64,000 nucleotides of DNA from Eledone cirrhosa (Eukaryota). A program made the translations under genes and the position numbers. The stretch spans positions 366,544,001 to 366,608,000 of the forward strand of contig OZ024743.1 in NCBI GenBank assembly GCA_964016885.1, given 5' to 3'. Positions 27,734 through 42,857 of this stretch are shown here, one piece after another. Within the stretch, counting starts at the first letter, position 1; each line of letters starts with the position of its first letter. The notes under the pieces were generated by a model. The model ran no database searches. It had not been told where the DNA came from and worked only from the letters and a program-made list of their open reading frames with translations.

Positions 27734-28875
27734 ATATTAATGCTTTAGAATATCAAGGATTCTAGGATAAAACTATATTTTGATATTTCTAAAGCAAGTT
27801 TTCTTATAAGAATTGCTTTTGTATATATGAAATAATTTTCCCCAAAATCATGCAAAATGGAAATTAAAACATACCCATGCATTTTCAAATCATATTCTAG
27901 ATATACAAAAGATATAAGATACTGCTAGATTAACGCTTTTGATACTAAACCACATGAAACAGTCTCTGGTTCAATGATACAAAACTATTTCTTTTATAAT
28001 ATTGATAATTATTTAATGTAGGAACCTTTGTTAAATTATGCTCCAAACATCAGCTTAATAATGAGAAAATTATATTACTAAATAACTCTAAATACTTGAC
28101 TATTTTCAAAATTAATTGAAAACAGACAATATTGTTCCTTAGACATGTGATAATGGAAGTTTTTAAGTTTTCTATCTTACATAGGAATAGTGTCAGTCAT
28201 AGTATTTAACAGGGAGCCTGTCACTATTTAAAAGAAAAACTGAATAACAAAAAATATAATTCTATATTTTAAGTGGTAGGTATAGTTGTGTATGTTGAAG
28301 ACTACATACATAACAATGAAAATAGCCTTTCACATTCAGTGACATCTGTGAAACTTAATGATACTGTTATATATATATATATATATATATATTGATAGAT
28401 AGATTACAAGAAAGCTCAAATTGGTAAGTAAACAAACTATTAAAAAGTAACAAACCATCTTTTACAAAGAGAGTCTTTTGAGAAAATACTCTTTAGCTGC
28501 ATGTATAAAAATCTGTCTCTGAAAATGCGTTAAAACTTAGTACTGTTTATAAAATAAGTGTCAATGTTTATCTGTTTCTCTTGAAACATTACAATTTCTT
28601 AATGAATCTTCACAAAATTTCATGCGGAGATACAGATTTATCCTGGAATAATTCATGAATGAAATAATCTTAACTCCAAGTTGACACTGGAACAAATGGA
28701 TAGTTCACGAAAGGAGGTGTAAAAATACTGAATGTACTAGAAACCGGGGAGTGTTCTAAAATTCGAAAACATTCAGAATAAGTTTAAAATATGTTTGTGG
28801 CATAACACTTTGACTTTTTTCTACTCCAGCCTCTCTTTAATATTTCTTTCTCTCTACTTCTCACACACATACACG

Positions 28876-29045
28876 GTTTCATTCGAAAGAAATCATCAAG
28901 GCTTTCTTGATGATTTTTTTAATTTCTTTCGAATGAAACATTTCTAGTCCTGTAGATCCATTTATATATTAAATTTGATGTTTACACTCTACTAATGTGT
29001 TGAGTACCTTACTGTGGTTACCCCCGATTGAACCCAGGACTCACA
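28876..29045 (+). mobile_element. PLE terminal fragment with degenerate hammerhead and short inverted copy of its core
   Basis: TTGATGA...gaatGAAAcatttctagtcctgtag, preceded by the inverted copy gtttcattcgaaagaaatcatcaag. The tail gagtaccttactgtggttacccc is shared with 40984-41025. Confidence 0.65.
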
Positions 29046-29101
29046 CATATATCCTCAAGAAGTTATGACATAACAACTACTTATAAGCAACATTCTTCTG
29101 A

Positions 29102-29139
<38 letters not shown>

Positions 29140-30563
29140 TATATTATATTATGTGTAGTGTGTGTCACAGAAACTGTAAGTGCATGTTTGTTAATTGTTT
29201 GTTAATTGGTGTTTAAATAAAGAAATACTTACAAACTTGCTAAGTTAAGTTATTCAAGTTAAACAGATAAGACAGAAGTGTTTCTACAGATTCAACACAC
29301 AGGTAGTGCCTGGCATTAAGTATCTTATAGTTAGATGGTTTGCTAATTTATACATCTATATATACCCAAAGATATATTTTATGAACAATGTTCTCCATTC
29401 TGTTTTAGTTGTTTGGTTGTTATATTGCCCAAGATCAGTCTGAATTAGCAGATCAAAGACATTCTAGTCATGAACTTCTTGGTTTTTTTTTTTATTTTTT
29501 AGATATACTGTCTCTCCATTTTAAAATGGTGGGACTTGAATTGATAGAGATTTGATTGCTATTTCTTGCACATTGAGTGACCATATCGAGTCTCTCCTGT
29601 TCATTTATTTATTTTTGCTTGTTGTTTATAACCCCAGGACAGTCCTGATCCCACAGACCTATAAAGAAACTTTTACTTGTCAAATGACATGTAGCACAGG
29701 TTCCTTGGTTAGCTCTTTGCTTTTAGTGATACTAACTCTACTAACCAGTACAAAATTGTTGCCATAGCAATTCCATAACCACTACTGTTTACCACTATCA
29801 AACACATTCAACTCAACCAATTCCTTGTTTCCTTGACCTCCTCCTCCAAACCATTTCACCTTTTTGCCTTCATTTTATTAACTATTTTGCAATATCTCTC
29901 TTTTTTTTCACTTTATATCTCTCTTTATTTCAAAATATATATATTCTCATACTTTCCTTTTCACTTGCTAAATTTTATTTTATATTCAGTTTCCCATTTA
30001 TTTTTCTATACACTTTTATCTAATTTTTGTTGATCTTTATTTTATTTATGCATTTTTTTTATTTGAAATTCTTTTCCCAATGCATGTACACCAATTGGAA
30101 ATTTTTAAATTTAAATTTAGAATATTTCTATGATTCTTGAGGAAGAAGTATATTCTATAATAACTAAGTTAGTTCATATTTGTCATTAAGGAGTAAAATT
30201 GATATGGAAAATATTGACAAAGAGGTACGATGTAGGCAAATAGAAATATATGTTTTTATATATAAGATTCATTTTGTAGCAAATTGTGAACCCCTAATTT
30301 GTTGCTGTCTTGTAGAAAAATTACACCTTTATGTCTTTGTATTTTATTTTATTTTATTTTTTTGCTGTTTATTTTTCATTTTTTAACTATGCAAAATATC
30401 TTTTAATGTTTAAAGTTTAGAATGACTTGATAAATATATATATATATGGTTGCCTGTCTATGGGAAAAAAAGTTCCCTATCTGCCTTTTTCTTCTTTCTT
30501 CCTTTCCCTTTTACCTCTCTCTCCTAACCTCTAGATATATATGTGTATACATACATACTTATA

Positions 30564-30599
<36 letters not shown>

Positions 30600-31158
30600 T
30601 ATAAGTGTGAAGAACAGGTAGACAAAATTTACCTAACATTTTTATGTAGCCCAGAGAAATTAACTAAAATAATCAATTAATCCGAGCTAAATCTAAATTA
30701 TAAATGTGAAGAAAAAATAGACAAATATTTACCCAATTATTCCTCGTAGTCCCGACTGCTGCAGTTTTGCTTGTGTAATGTAGAAAAAGTGCAAGTTCAT
30801 TGCAATTGCACCTTCTCAATGAGACTTTGAGATTTTAAAGAAACTCCTTCAGTTAGGACCAGTTTTTCCAAAGTGATCACTGCCAGTAATAAATTCAAAA
30901 GGGTGAATCATAACGTGGCTAACAGTCATGACAGAAAGGTAGTGAAGGGTAGACTGGTGACAAGAAAGGCATTGCTAGAGGAAGCAGTCAGTTACCGCCT
31001 AATTTTTACTATATATATATATATATATGTGTAGAGGTTATATTTAATTTGTTGGGATACAACAAGCAAAATATTTTTATAACTGATATAAAGCACTCAA
31101 CAAATTATTGGAGTAAATATACAATATATTAACAAATGGAAGCTATATTTATAAAACC

Positions 31159-31189
<31 letters not shown>

Positions 31190-31429
31190 GATATATATAA
31201 ATATATATCCACACTGGAAATGTGGTTGGTGTTGGGAAGGGCATCCAGCCGTAGAAAACCTGCCAGTTCAGGACAAAGTAATAAGAGTAAGTTATAGGGA
31301 GTGGAGAGGGAGAATCTAAAATGTAATAGACTACAATAAAAGAGATTAAACTTGTGTGATAATGAGGTCAATGAAGTGATCAGGTCAGCCAAACCAAAGC
31401 AGCACAGACCACATGCTGACTGAGGAACC

Positions 31430-32710
31430 TTGTCGAAGAGTTAGCAAAGGTCCCAGAAGATGAAGAAAAGTGGTTGCTGTTTCATGCCTTCTCCTGGAGT
31501 TGTCTCACACAGAAGATCATGTCAATTGTTTCATGTGATTGTTGAAAGCCGAATCGAGATTCTGGAAGGATTTCTTCCACAACATCCAGTAGATGATCCA
31601 GAAAAATTCTGGTGAAAATCTTTCCAGCAATGTTGAGCAGGGAGATACCGCATTAGTTGTTGCTCACTGACGGGTCTCCTTTCTAGAAGATGATGATAAC
31701 ATTTGCGTTTTGAAGTCATCTGAACAGTCTTGGTGTTCCACATTCACAGCATCAAGTAGATCAGTTTGGCTCTCAATCTGTATCCATCATATGTGATGGA
31801 TATCCCCAAGGGGGTGTTGTCTGGACCGGGAACTTGTCCAAGTTTCATTCCTTCTTGGAATGATGGAGGAAAGGCCAACCATAGTTTGGCAGGCTGCTGT
31901 GAAGTGTTTCACACGAGGTTTTCTGGTGTTCGAGAATGATTGTTCAGGAGAAACTGGAAATGTTCTCACCTATGATACATGTTCTCTACTTCTGTGGTGA
32001 GGATTTGGTCATCAGAAGTTTTCAAGACACCAGTAGACAACCTGATGAGGTCGAAGATCTCCTTGGTCTGCATAGCCCTGGAGTTCAATAGCTTTTGCTT
32101 GCCACCAGGTGTTCTGTATCTCTCTCAGACAGCTTTAGCACTTCTGTGTTTCTTGTTTGAGGCATTTCATGTTACTTCTCATCGGGTGGTTTTCGAAAGA
32201 AATACGTGCTACTTTTGTCTTGTTGATCAGCTATTTGATCTCTTCAGTTTTCAGTGAACCAGTTTTTGTTCTGCTGCTTTGAGTAGCCAATAACCTCGTC
32301 TGCAGCAGATGTTATAGCATCACATAGAATGTTCCAATCATTTGGTGAAGGATTCCCATTCTGCCTTTCACTCAGATGTTTGTCAACTGCTTCTTGAAAG
32401 GTCTGGGATGTTCCTGGGTCCTTCAGTTTGTGACAGCCATATCTTGGTCTGTGCTTTTGAGTATTAGGGTACCGAGTGGGTGCATGGATGAAAAAGTTGA
32501 GACAAGAGATCACAAGCCAATGATTGATCCATCAATCATCAGTGTCTGTGATCCTCACATCCTTCTTGTCTTGGATCCTTGTCAACACATAATCCAGAAA
32601 ATGCCAGTGTTTGACCTCGGATGTTGCCAGGTTATTTTGTAGTGGGTTGGAAGATGGAAGAGGGTGCTCATAACAATCAGGTCACTTTTTACACATAGTC
32701 CAAGAAGCAT
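31430..32710 (-). mobile_element. Decayed RTE-BovB-like LINE (endonuclease end and RT remnants, internally deleted)
   Basis: Minus strand reads HYKITWQHPRSKHWHFLDYVL...DHWLV and AADEVIGYSKQQNKNWFTEN. Many stops. Confidence 0.75.
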
Positions 32711-32829
32711 TCATTCAACACTGACAGTGTCACAGCCGTAGCACTGAGTGACGCGCGCAACAGATACAAGTACATGTACCCTCAAATGTGAGCCCAGTAG
32801 TGTGTTTGTTAGTGGCCTGTGCGCATACA

Positions 32830-33005
32830 CATTATACATACATGCATATATATGTCTGTATTGCATGTGCGTGTATGTATATATGTATATGTCTGTATGT
32901 GTATATATCTATATATATGTCTGTATGTGTATATATCTATATATATGTCTGTATGTGTGTATATATATATATATATGTCTATATATATATATATATATAT
33001 GTCTG

Positions 33006-33036
<31 letters not shown>

Positions 33037-33099
33037 GTCTGTATATGTATATATATATATATATATGTCTGTATATGTATATATATATATATATGTCTG

Positions 33100-33137
<38 letters not shown>

Positions 33138-33212
33138 TGTATATGTATATATATATGTCTGTATGTGTATATATATATATATATATGTCTGTATATATAT
33201 ATATACATGTCT

Positions 33213-33303
<91 letters not shown>

Positions 33304-33415
33304 TGTATATATATATATATATGTCTGTATGTGTATATATATATATATATATGTCTGTATATATATATATATATATGTCTGTATGTGTGTATATATATAT
33401 ATATATATATGTCTG

Positions 33416-33457
<42 letters not shown>

Positions 33458-33459
33458 TG

Positions 33460-33501
<42 letters not shown>

Positions 33502-33503
33502 TG

Positions 33504-33534
<31 letters not shown>

Positions 33535-33568
33535 GGCTGTATGTGTATATATCTATATATATGGCTGT
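32830..33568. repeat. Minisatellite: gtctgtatgtg units separated by (TA)n
   Basis: Directly visible. It resumes at 35140-35400 after the LINE insertion. Confidence 0.92.
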
Positions 33569-35126
33569 ATCATCATCATCATCATCATCATCATTTTACG
33601 TCCGCTTTTCCCTGCTTGCAAGGGTGGGACGGGTCTTATTCAGCACAGCATCTCTCCACTCGTCACGGTTCCTCGTCATCTCCACCGTGAGCTTCAATGA
33701 TCTGAGGTCTGTTCTCACCACCTCCGCCCATGTTTTTCGTGGTCTACCTCTACCACGTCTTCCTTCAACTGGCATTTCCTGGCACTTCTTCACCCATCGG
33801 TCATCCTCCATGCGCATCACATGTCCATACCACCTCAGTCTCCTCTCCCGTACACTACATTCTATCCCTCTCAGACACAGTTTCTCTCTCAACACATTTA
33901 TGCTGGGTCGTTCACGCACATTTACATTGCACATCCAACGGAGCATGCTTGCCTCATTTCTCTCCAGCCGTCGCTTATCCTCTGCGGTTGCTGCCCATGT
34001 CTCACTACCATGCAGCATCGCGCTCCTCACACAGGCATCATACAACCGGCCTTTCGTACGCAGGGAGAAATCCTTCTTCGTCAACAGAGGAAGCAGCTCC
34101 CTAAACTTCTTCCAACCCGTCCTTATTCTAGATACTATGGCCTCGGAACACCCTCCTCCCATGCTAATCTGATCTCCTAGGTACCGGAAGCTATCCACCA
34201 CTTCTATAGCGCCCTCTCGCATTTGAAAAATGTGTCTATCAGTGCGACTTCTACTGTCTAATTTCCTTGTACATCTACTGCATACATATTTCTCACTACC
34301 TGTTAGTTTGCCTGCTATCCCGCTACATCTCTTGTGTACCCAGGACCTGCATTGTGTGCATTTTATAGAATTTATGCCAGTTCCTTTTCTGCATATCGAA
34401 CATGGCCATTTCCCTGACGGAATCAGGGTTTTGTCCTCTTTTCTACTCATCAACACTTTTGTCTTAGCTAGATTTACTCTCAGTCCTCTTGCTTCCAACT
34501 GCTGTTTCCATAGCCGGAATTTATTCTCTAGCTCCTCTACTGATTCTGCTATAGGAACCAGATCGTCAGCATAGAGAAGTTCCCATGGACAGCCAGTCTT
34601 AAACTCCTCTGTTATGGCTTGGAGGACTATAATGAACAAGAGCGGGCTGAGGACCGAACCCTGATGTACCCCTACTTGTATCTGGAATTCCTCACTAAAC
34701 TCCATACCTACCCTGACTTTACTGAGAGAACCTCTGTACAAAGTTTGCACTGTCCTCACAAGCCATTCCTCAACACCTAGCTTCCTTAGGGACCACCAGA
34801 TGACAGATCGGGGTACCCTATCAAAGGCCTTCTCTAGGTCAACAAAGGCTAAGTATAGTGGCTTATTCTTCTCTAAGAACCTCTCTTGCATTTGTCTCAC
34901 CAAGAAGAGGGCATCTGTTGTACTCTTCCCAGGCACAAAACCAAACTGCATCTCATCTAGTTTGACCCTTTCTCTAATTAGTTGTGCTAAAATCCTTTCT
35001 GCCACTTTCATAACCTGATCTATCAGTTTTATACCCCTATAATTGCTCCTCTCCAAAGCATCCCCTTTACCTTTGTAGCAATTTATGAGAATACTGCTGC
35101 ACCAGTCTTTGGGTATGACACCACCA
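33569..35126 (-). mobile_element. 5'-truncated RTE/RTEX-like LINE; RT ORF 33596-35056+ with PHD-like Cys/His insert; (TGA)n tail
   Basis: [71 protein letters not shown]. Inserted in a TA/TG microsatellite. Confidence 0.93.
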
Positions 35127-35303
35127 TATATAGCCTGATTGATGTATGTGTATATATATCTGTATGTGTATATATATCTATATATATGGCTGTATGTATA
35201 TATATCTATATATATGGCTGTATGTATATATATCTATATATATGGCTGTATGTGTATATATCTATATATATGGCTGTATGTGTATAAATCTATATATATG
35301 GCT

Positions 35304-35335
<32 letters not shown>

Positions 35336-35366
35336 GTCTATGTGTGTGTATATACATATGTCTATG

Positions 35367-35397
<31 letters not shown>

Positions 35398-35401
35398 GTA
35401 T

Positions 35402-36735
35402 ATCATCATCATTACCGTTTTACGTCCATTCTTCCATGCTAGCATGGGTTAAACGGGTTGTCCTGTTGTGAGCAGTGTCCGGTCGGCTGACCTTGTCTTG
35501 CTCATACAGGAACTGATTCTGGCTTGATTTCTACAGCTGGACGCCCTTCCTAACACCAACCTCATTTACAGTGAGTGCTGGGTGCTTTTTTCCGTGGCGC
35601 CTACACGTCCACTTTACAGTGTGGGCTGGGTGCTTTTTTGCAGTGGGAGGGTGTGAGGGCATATTGTTTATATGCTTCAGCTTCGGCTTGTATCTGTGGG
35701 GGTCGGGGCTTCTGAATTATTGCGTGACGCCAGAGGTCACGGTCGTGTGTCATCACCTTTGAGAGGTGTAATTGGGTAAGGTCGGCTTTTATCACCTCAT
35801 CCCAGGTCTTCTTGGGACTCCCCACTCCGCGGTTTCCATTGACTTCTAGTGCTCTGCACCTTTTTATGCAGCTGTCATCCTTCATAAGCATCACATGTCC
35901 ATACCAATGCAACCACCTCTCCTGCACACAGCATTTGATTCCTCTTATGCTCAGTCTCTCTCTCAATTCATTTATGCTTTTCCATTCGCATATATTACTA
36001 TTACACATCCATCAGAGCATGCAGGCTTCATTTCTTTCTAATCTATGCAAGTCTTCCACAGTCAGCGCCCTGGTCTCACTACCATGTAACATTGCTGTTC
36101 ATATACACGCATCATACAGTCTGCCTTTCATTTTGAGGGAAAAGCCTTTTGCAGCTTGCAGTGGCAGTAGCTCCCTGAAGTTCTTCTTTCCCGTTCTTAC
36201 CCTAGTTATTGTACTTTCCAAACACCCACCTCCGCTGCTAATTCGGTCACCTAGGTAGCAGAAGCTATCTACTGTTTCTACAGAGATTGGTGGTACTTGT
36301 TTCCTGTGGCTGTTTGCTGCTTGCTGTCCCAGCACAGCTGCTACATGTGAAGTCTACATTCTTAGTTAAGCTTCCTGAGATCCTGCTACATCTCTTGTGT
36401 ACCCATTGTTTGCATTTGAGGCAGAGAATGGAGTTCCTACCTACACCTTTCCTACATACTGAGCAAGGCCATTTCCCTGAGGGGATCTGGGTTCTGTTTC
36501 CTCGTCTACTTACAAGGACCTAAGTCTTTGTCAGGTTGACTTTGAGACCCTTTCTTTCTAGTCCCTGCTTCCAAGTTTGGAATTTCTTCGCTAGTTCTAC
36601 CACAGATTCAGCTATAAGTGCGAGGTCATCTGCATACAGGAGTTCCCATGGGCATCCGGTCTTAAACTCCTCCGTTATTGCCTGCAGGACTATGATGAAC
36701 AGGAGAGGCTAAAAACTGAGCCCTGATGTACACCG
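35402..36735 (-). mobile_element. 5'-truncated, frameshifted RTE/RTEX-like LINE with long 3' UTR
   Basis: GVHQGSV to GSPKKTW homology with 33596-35056. Ends in ggacgtaaaacgg(tga)n. Confidence 0.9.
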
Positions 36736-36748
36736 ACCTGTATGCTAA

Positions 36749-36786
<38 letters not shown>

Positions 36787-37011
36787 ATATGTATATATAT
36801 GTGTGTGTATATATATATGTGTGTATATATATATGTGTGTATATATATATATGTGTGTATATATATATATGTGTTTGTATATATATATATGTGTGTTTGT
36901 ATATATATGTGTATATATATATATATGTGTGTGTGTATATATATATGTGTGTGTGTGTGTATATATGTATGTGTGTATATCTATATATATGTGTATATAT
37001 ATGTATATATA

Positions 37012-37918
37012 CAGAAAACCCACTGTACTAATAGGAAATGAATTATATGTAAAGTAAACCCCCGGATAAACTGTAAAACTAGAAACGTAGTCTATAGCAT
37101 AAGATGTACAGAGGGTACTTGCAGAAACATGACAACAACATACATAGGCGAGACAGCTAATAGCATAGGTGAAAGGATAGACCAGCATTGGGGGGAACCA
37201 AAAGGACGAAAAAACGGTTCAGTACTATACAAACACGCCAGACAACAACATGACAGTAACATAGACAACATAGAAATTGAAATAATATCTAAACATAGAA
37301 ATGACCCAGCAGAGAGGCAAGTGAATAGAACTTAGAAGGCCAAATCTAAACAGAAAAAATGAATGGAATAACAACACCCAAACAAACAATACTGACCTAA
37401 GAGAAATATAAATAAATAAATATATACACAAGCACAGTAACAACAAACACATATAAACACACACTACTAAACTAAGATAGAATACAATAACCAAAATACA
37501 GTCACCCAAACGCTATACACTATACACTACACTCAAACGCATGCGCAGAGAAGAAGACAAAAATGAATAAATAAATAAATAAATATTAAATAAAGATGGC
37601 ATAGATATACAATACAACAGGAGGAACATAATAGCACCACTGACGATGTTGCAGATGTGCAACGAAAGAACTTTGTTAGACTATATATATGTGTTTATAT
37701 CTATATTATATCTGTATTTTTTACCGTTGTTCAGTCGATGGTAAACATTGAGGACCGAATAAATTAACTGATATAAAAGATACAGAAGCAAAAACCAACC
37801 AAACAGTGAGTGTGTTCTGTTATTAATTCTGGCAATATTATTACAACAATATGACCCTACCCAAGTATAACAATATTTGTTTCGACACACAATTTCATAT
37901 CAAAAACCTCGCAAAACA

Positions 37919-37920
<2 letters not shown>
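37012..37920 (+). mobile_element. 5'-truncated Penelope-like element (GIY-YIG end, 3' UTR, hammerhead-like motif)
   Basis: ORF 37129-37335 reads TTYIGETANSIGERIDQH...LYKH, a GIY-YIG motif. CTGACGA-gttgca/tgcaac-GAAA lies at 37640-37667. Flanked by microsatellites. Confidence 0.78.
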
Positions 37921-37974
<54 letters not shown>

Positions 37975-37976
<2 letters not shown>

Positions 37977-38273
37977 GGGGGTGTAACTTGGAGTTACTGC
38001 AGGTTCACCCGGGTGAGCACTCGATGTTTAGGTTCACTTCTGTGTTGAGGTGTAGAGCTATACAGAGTGTAATATATAGAAAGGATAACAAGGTCATTGG
38101 TTACTCCTTCATTACATTTATTGGTAGGTGACACGCTTTAAAGGGTCCGTCGAGCTGCCGATTATTGAGTCGGGTAAGATCGATACAGATCAAACCTTGA
38201 GCTGATCAGTGGCGAAACGTGCGTCACCTACCAATAAACGTAATGAAGGAGTAACCAATCGTCCTTATCCTTT

Positions 38274-38276
<3 letters not shown>
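37975..38276. mobile_element. Small inverted-repeat PLE-like unit with degenerate minimal hammerhead
   Basis: Arms ~38080-38139 / 38215-38274. CTGATCA-gtggc-GAAA-cgtgc-GTC at 38202-38225. Left tail has AGCACTC (38016). Bounded by (TA)n. Confidence 0.62.
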
Positions 38277-38309
<33 letters not shown>

Positions 38310-38447
38310 GTCTGTATGTGTATAATATGTATATCTGTTTGTGTTAGTGGATATTATATTTCTTTTGTCTTCTCCAGTTTTCTCATCTTTACTCAGTTTA
38401 TATGTTACTGTATTAATTCAGTGGTAAATTACATTCATTATTTTTCA

Positions 38448-38752
38448 AAATCCCGCCAAGATTAACTTTGCCTTTCATCCTTACGGGTTCGATAAAATAA
38501 AGTACCAGTAATGCACTGGGTAATGTGCCAAAAGTAGAAATAATTATTTTTCCTTCATGCGGTGAATTGGCAGTATCGGTAGAGGGTCAGACACCATGCT
38601 TTCCCGCATAGTTATAGCCCTTCATGATCTGAGTTCAAATTCCACCGAGGTTAACTTTGCCTTTCATCCTTACGAGGTCGATAAAATGAAGTACCAGTAA
38701 TATACAGTACTGGGTTAATTGCTGGCCTTGTGCCAAAAGTTGAAACAATTAT
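38448..38752 (+). mobile_element. Two tandem tRNA-derived SINE copies
   Basis: Partial copy 38448-38548 and full copy 38559-38752, each followed by ttttccttcatgc. Confidence 0.85.
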
Positions 38753-38910
38753 TTTTCCTTCATGCTTAATTAATTTTAATTTTCTTTATAATACAGTGAT
38801 AATTTATGACAAATATTTGTTCACAAATGCATACATTTGTTTGTCTGTTATTGTGCAAATGCACATATAAAATATATTATATTTTATATCTATATATGTG
38901 TGTGTGTTTG

Positions 38911-38949
<39 letters not shown>

Positions 38950-38985
38950 TTGTATGTATATATATATGTATGTATGTATGTATAT

Positions 38986-39293
38986 ATCTTCTTTTTGGTA
39001 AATATCATCTTGGTTAAGAGAGTGGGACTGGCTTTGTGCAGTGCCTTTGCTCACTATAAAAGCTTCACGGCACATGCATTGCTTTATATCTGGAGATCTC
39101 TCTGCACTTGTCATCACATGGTACCATGGGCCCAGCACTATGTGTCAATAATTGTCACAAGTGTAGTGTTTGTACCAGAGTTTTCAAGTCGCTGGCTGGA
39201 CTAAAAAGTCACACTCGTTCAGCGCTTCGGTAGGGGTTCTCCTACATGGATATAAAGTAGTGGCTGTACTCGAAAACGAGTTGGCAGCCACCA
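38986..39293 (+). mobile_element. Non-autonomous RTE-related element (5'-truncated copy)
   Basis: High identity to 58046-58352. Flanked by (GTAT)n. Confidence 0.75.
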
Positions 39294-39540
39294 TGTATGT
39301 ATGTATATGTATGTATCTATGTATGTATGAATATGTATATGTATGTATGAATATGTGTATGTATATATATGTATATATATATATATATATATACATATAC
39401 ACATATATATATAATGTATATATATGTATATATATATATATATATATGTGTATATGTATATATATGTATATATATATATATATATGTGTGTATATGTATA
39501 TATATGTATATATATATATATATATATGTGTATATGTATA

Positions 39541-39617
<77 letters not shown>

Positions 39618-39772
39618 ATATGTATATATGTGTATATATCTGTATATATGTATGTGTATATGTATATATGTGCATATATATGTATGTATATATGTGTATA
39701 CATATATGTATATATGTCTGTATGAGCATATATATTTATGTATATATGTGCATACATATACGTATATGTATG

Positions 39773-39813
<41 letters not shown>

Positions 39814-39832
39814 ATATATATATATATATATG

Positions 39833-39883
<51 letters not shown>

Positions 39884-40188
39884 ATATATATATATATATG
39901 TATGTATATATATATGTATATATGTGTGTGTATATATATATGGGTGTACATATATATCATCATTTTACGTCCGCTTGGAAGAGTGTATGTGTATATATAT
40001 GTGTGTATATGTCTATATGTATATATGTGTATACATATATATATGTATATATGTGTATATATATATGTGTGCATACGTATATATGTGTATACATGTATAT
40101 ATGGGCATATATTTATAAATATAAGTATATATATATATTTATATATATATATATTTATAGTTTATACCAAGAGACATACATACATGTA

Positions 40189-40221
<33 letters not shown>

Positions 40222-40324
40222 GTGTATACGCACGTGTGTATGTGTAGATATATATGTGTGTGTATGTGTATGCGTGTGTGTGTGTATATTTGTGTGTTTG
40301 TGTTTTTTCTTGTGTGTATATATA

Positions 40325-40395
<71 letters not shown>

Positions 40396-40440
40396 ATATA
40401 TATATATATATATGTGTGTGTAAGTGTTTATGTATGTGGT
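39294..40440. repeat. (TA)/(TG) compound microsatellite
   Basis: Directly visible. Contains a ~20-nt RTE 3'-end stub at ~39957-39976. Confidence 0.95.
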
Positions 40441-40891
40441 TGTGAGTATGTAAATATATTTTATTCTTTCCATTCTACAAAAACACTCTGGCCAAGTGTG
40501 GCTTGTATGTTAACTTGACCACTCACCTCAGTCTGTGCCATGATTCGGTCTTGTTTATCTTCTATTACCTACCCACCTAAAAAAATTTCCCTACTATATA
40601 TCAGTTGAATTACTATTCTTGGGGGTTTTTTTTTTTTTTTTTAATTTTATTTATTTATTTATTTATTTATTTATCTATTTATTCATTTATTTATTTATTT
40701 ACTTATTTATTTATTTCAAAAAAGCACTCTGGCTAATTGACCACTCCCCAAAGAAAAAATGGCCTGTGCCATGTTGTGGTCCTGTGTATCTAAATACCAC
40801 CCTACCCCAAAAAATACCCACCCACCCCCAGCCACCACCCCTCCCTTACCACTACCTAAATGTATAAATACCAGAACTTAATATGACACCC

Positions 40892-40942
40892 AGCTTCCTG
40901 AAGATTTCATCTGAATGAAACAGTACTAGTCCTGGAGAAGCT
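40892..40942 (+). ncRNA. Type-I hammerhead, probably inactive (U16.1>G)
   Basis: agcttc-CTGAAGA-tttcatctgaat-GAAA-cagtactagtcctg-GA-gaagct. Perfect 6-bp stem I. Same family as 42495-42545. Confidence 0.7.
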
Positions 40943-41327
40943 CCTTCTATACAAAATAAAAAATGTTTACTCTGCCATGTATTGAGTACCTTACTTACTG
41001 TGGTTATCCCCGACTCAACCCGGGACCTTATATTTATATATTTATATATATATTTATATATATATATTTATATATATATGTATATATATATATATTTATA
41101 TATATATTTATATAAACTAATATGTATGTGATGAAACACAGATACCAACACATCTGTATATATATTGCAAAAGAGAAATTTAGCCAGATTGAAGTATACT
41201 AATTATTATACTACAGTTTGTCCATATCGATTTAAAATAATAAATCAACAAAGACGAGCTGCATTGCCAAGAGGCTATGATGTTTAGACACATTTAAATT
41301 TCAAAATCAAACCTGTTCCGTAGATAA

Positions 41328-41403
41328 GTTTAAACTTTAAAATCCAAATATGTTTCGAGTTAAATAAGTGTAGGAATATCATGTCTTGCTCTCCTCAGTA
41401 AAC
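41328..41403 (-). ncRNA. Possible degenerate type-I hammerhead
   Basis: Minus strand: gttta-CTGAGGA-gag...ctc-GAAA-c...GTT-taaac. Stem III is weak. Confidence 0.45.
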
Positions 41404-41516
41404 ATCCAGGGACAAATTGATATGCTTCACTTCTAAATAATTTAAAAGACTGCGTGACGCACATGGTTTTACAGTATCTAGCTAGTCTCATAACCGTACT
41501 GCTAGAAATAACAGTC

Positions 41517-42480
<964 letters not shown>

Positions 42481-42494
42481 TTTTAATATAGATG

Positions 42495-42545
42495 AGATTC
42501 TACAGGACTAGAACTGTTTCATTCTTTAGAAATCATCAGGAATCT
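42495..42545 (-). ncRNA. Type-I hammerhead ribozyme, intact core
   Basis: Minus strand: agattc-CTGATGA-tttctaaagaat-GAAA-cag-ttctagtc-ctg-TA-gaatct. 6-bp stem I, 4-bp stem III, GUA site. Adjacent to a long TA array. Confidence 0.82.
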
Positions 42546-42785
42546 GGGTATCAAAAAATAAATATGGTATTTATAGGTCTCTACAAGTGGTAGGAGAGGG
42601 TGGGGAGTGGGATGGGTGTAGGTCATTGGTTGATAGAAAAGGGAATTCATTAAAAGCTAATTCTACAAAGCTATAGTTTATTTTTATTAATTTTTGTTTT
42701 TAGAGTAACAAAGGCAGACAGAATTCTATAAACAGGTTCCGGATGGCATACCATTCCTTGTCATTAAGTTTCTCTTAAGCTAACA

Positions 42786-42816
<31 letters not shown>

Positions 42817-42857
42817 TTATATATATATATATATTTATATATATATGTATATTTATG

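Noticed and set aside
30740-30860. Minus-strand CTGAAGG...AAAActgcagcaGTC remnant with duplicated tail at 30600-30740
   Set aside because: Two core mismatches and a poor stem I register. It is probably a decayed PLE end but too weak to call.
32830-33568. Regularly spaced repeat units resembling a CRISPR array
   Set aside because: The spacers are just (TA)n, the context is eukaryotic, and there are no cas genes.
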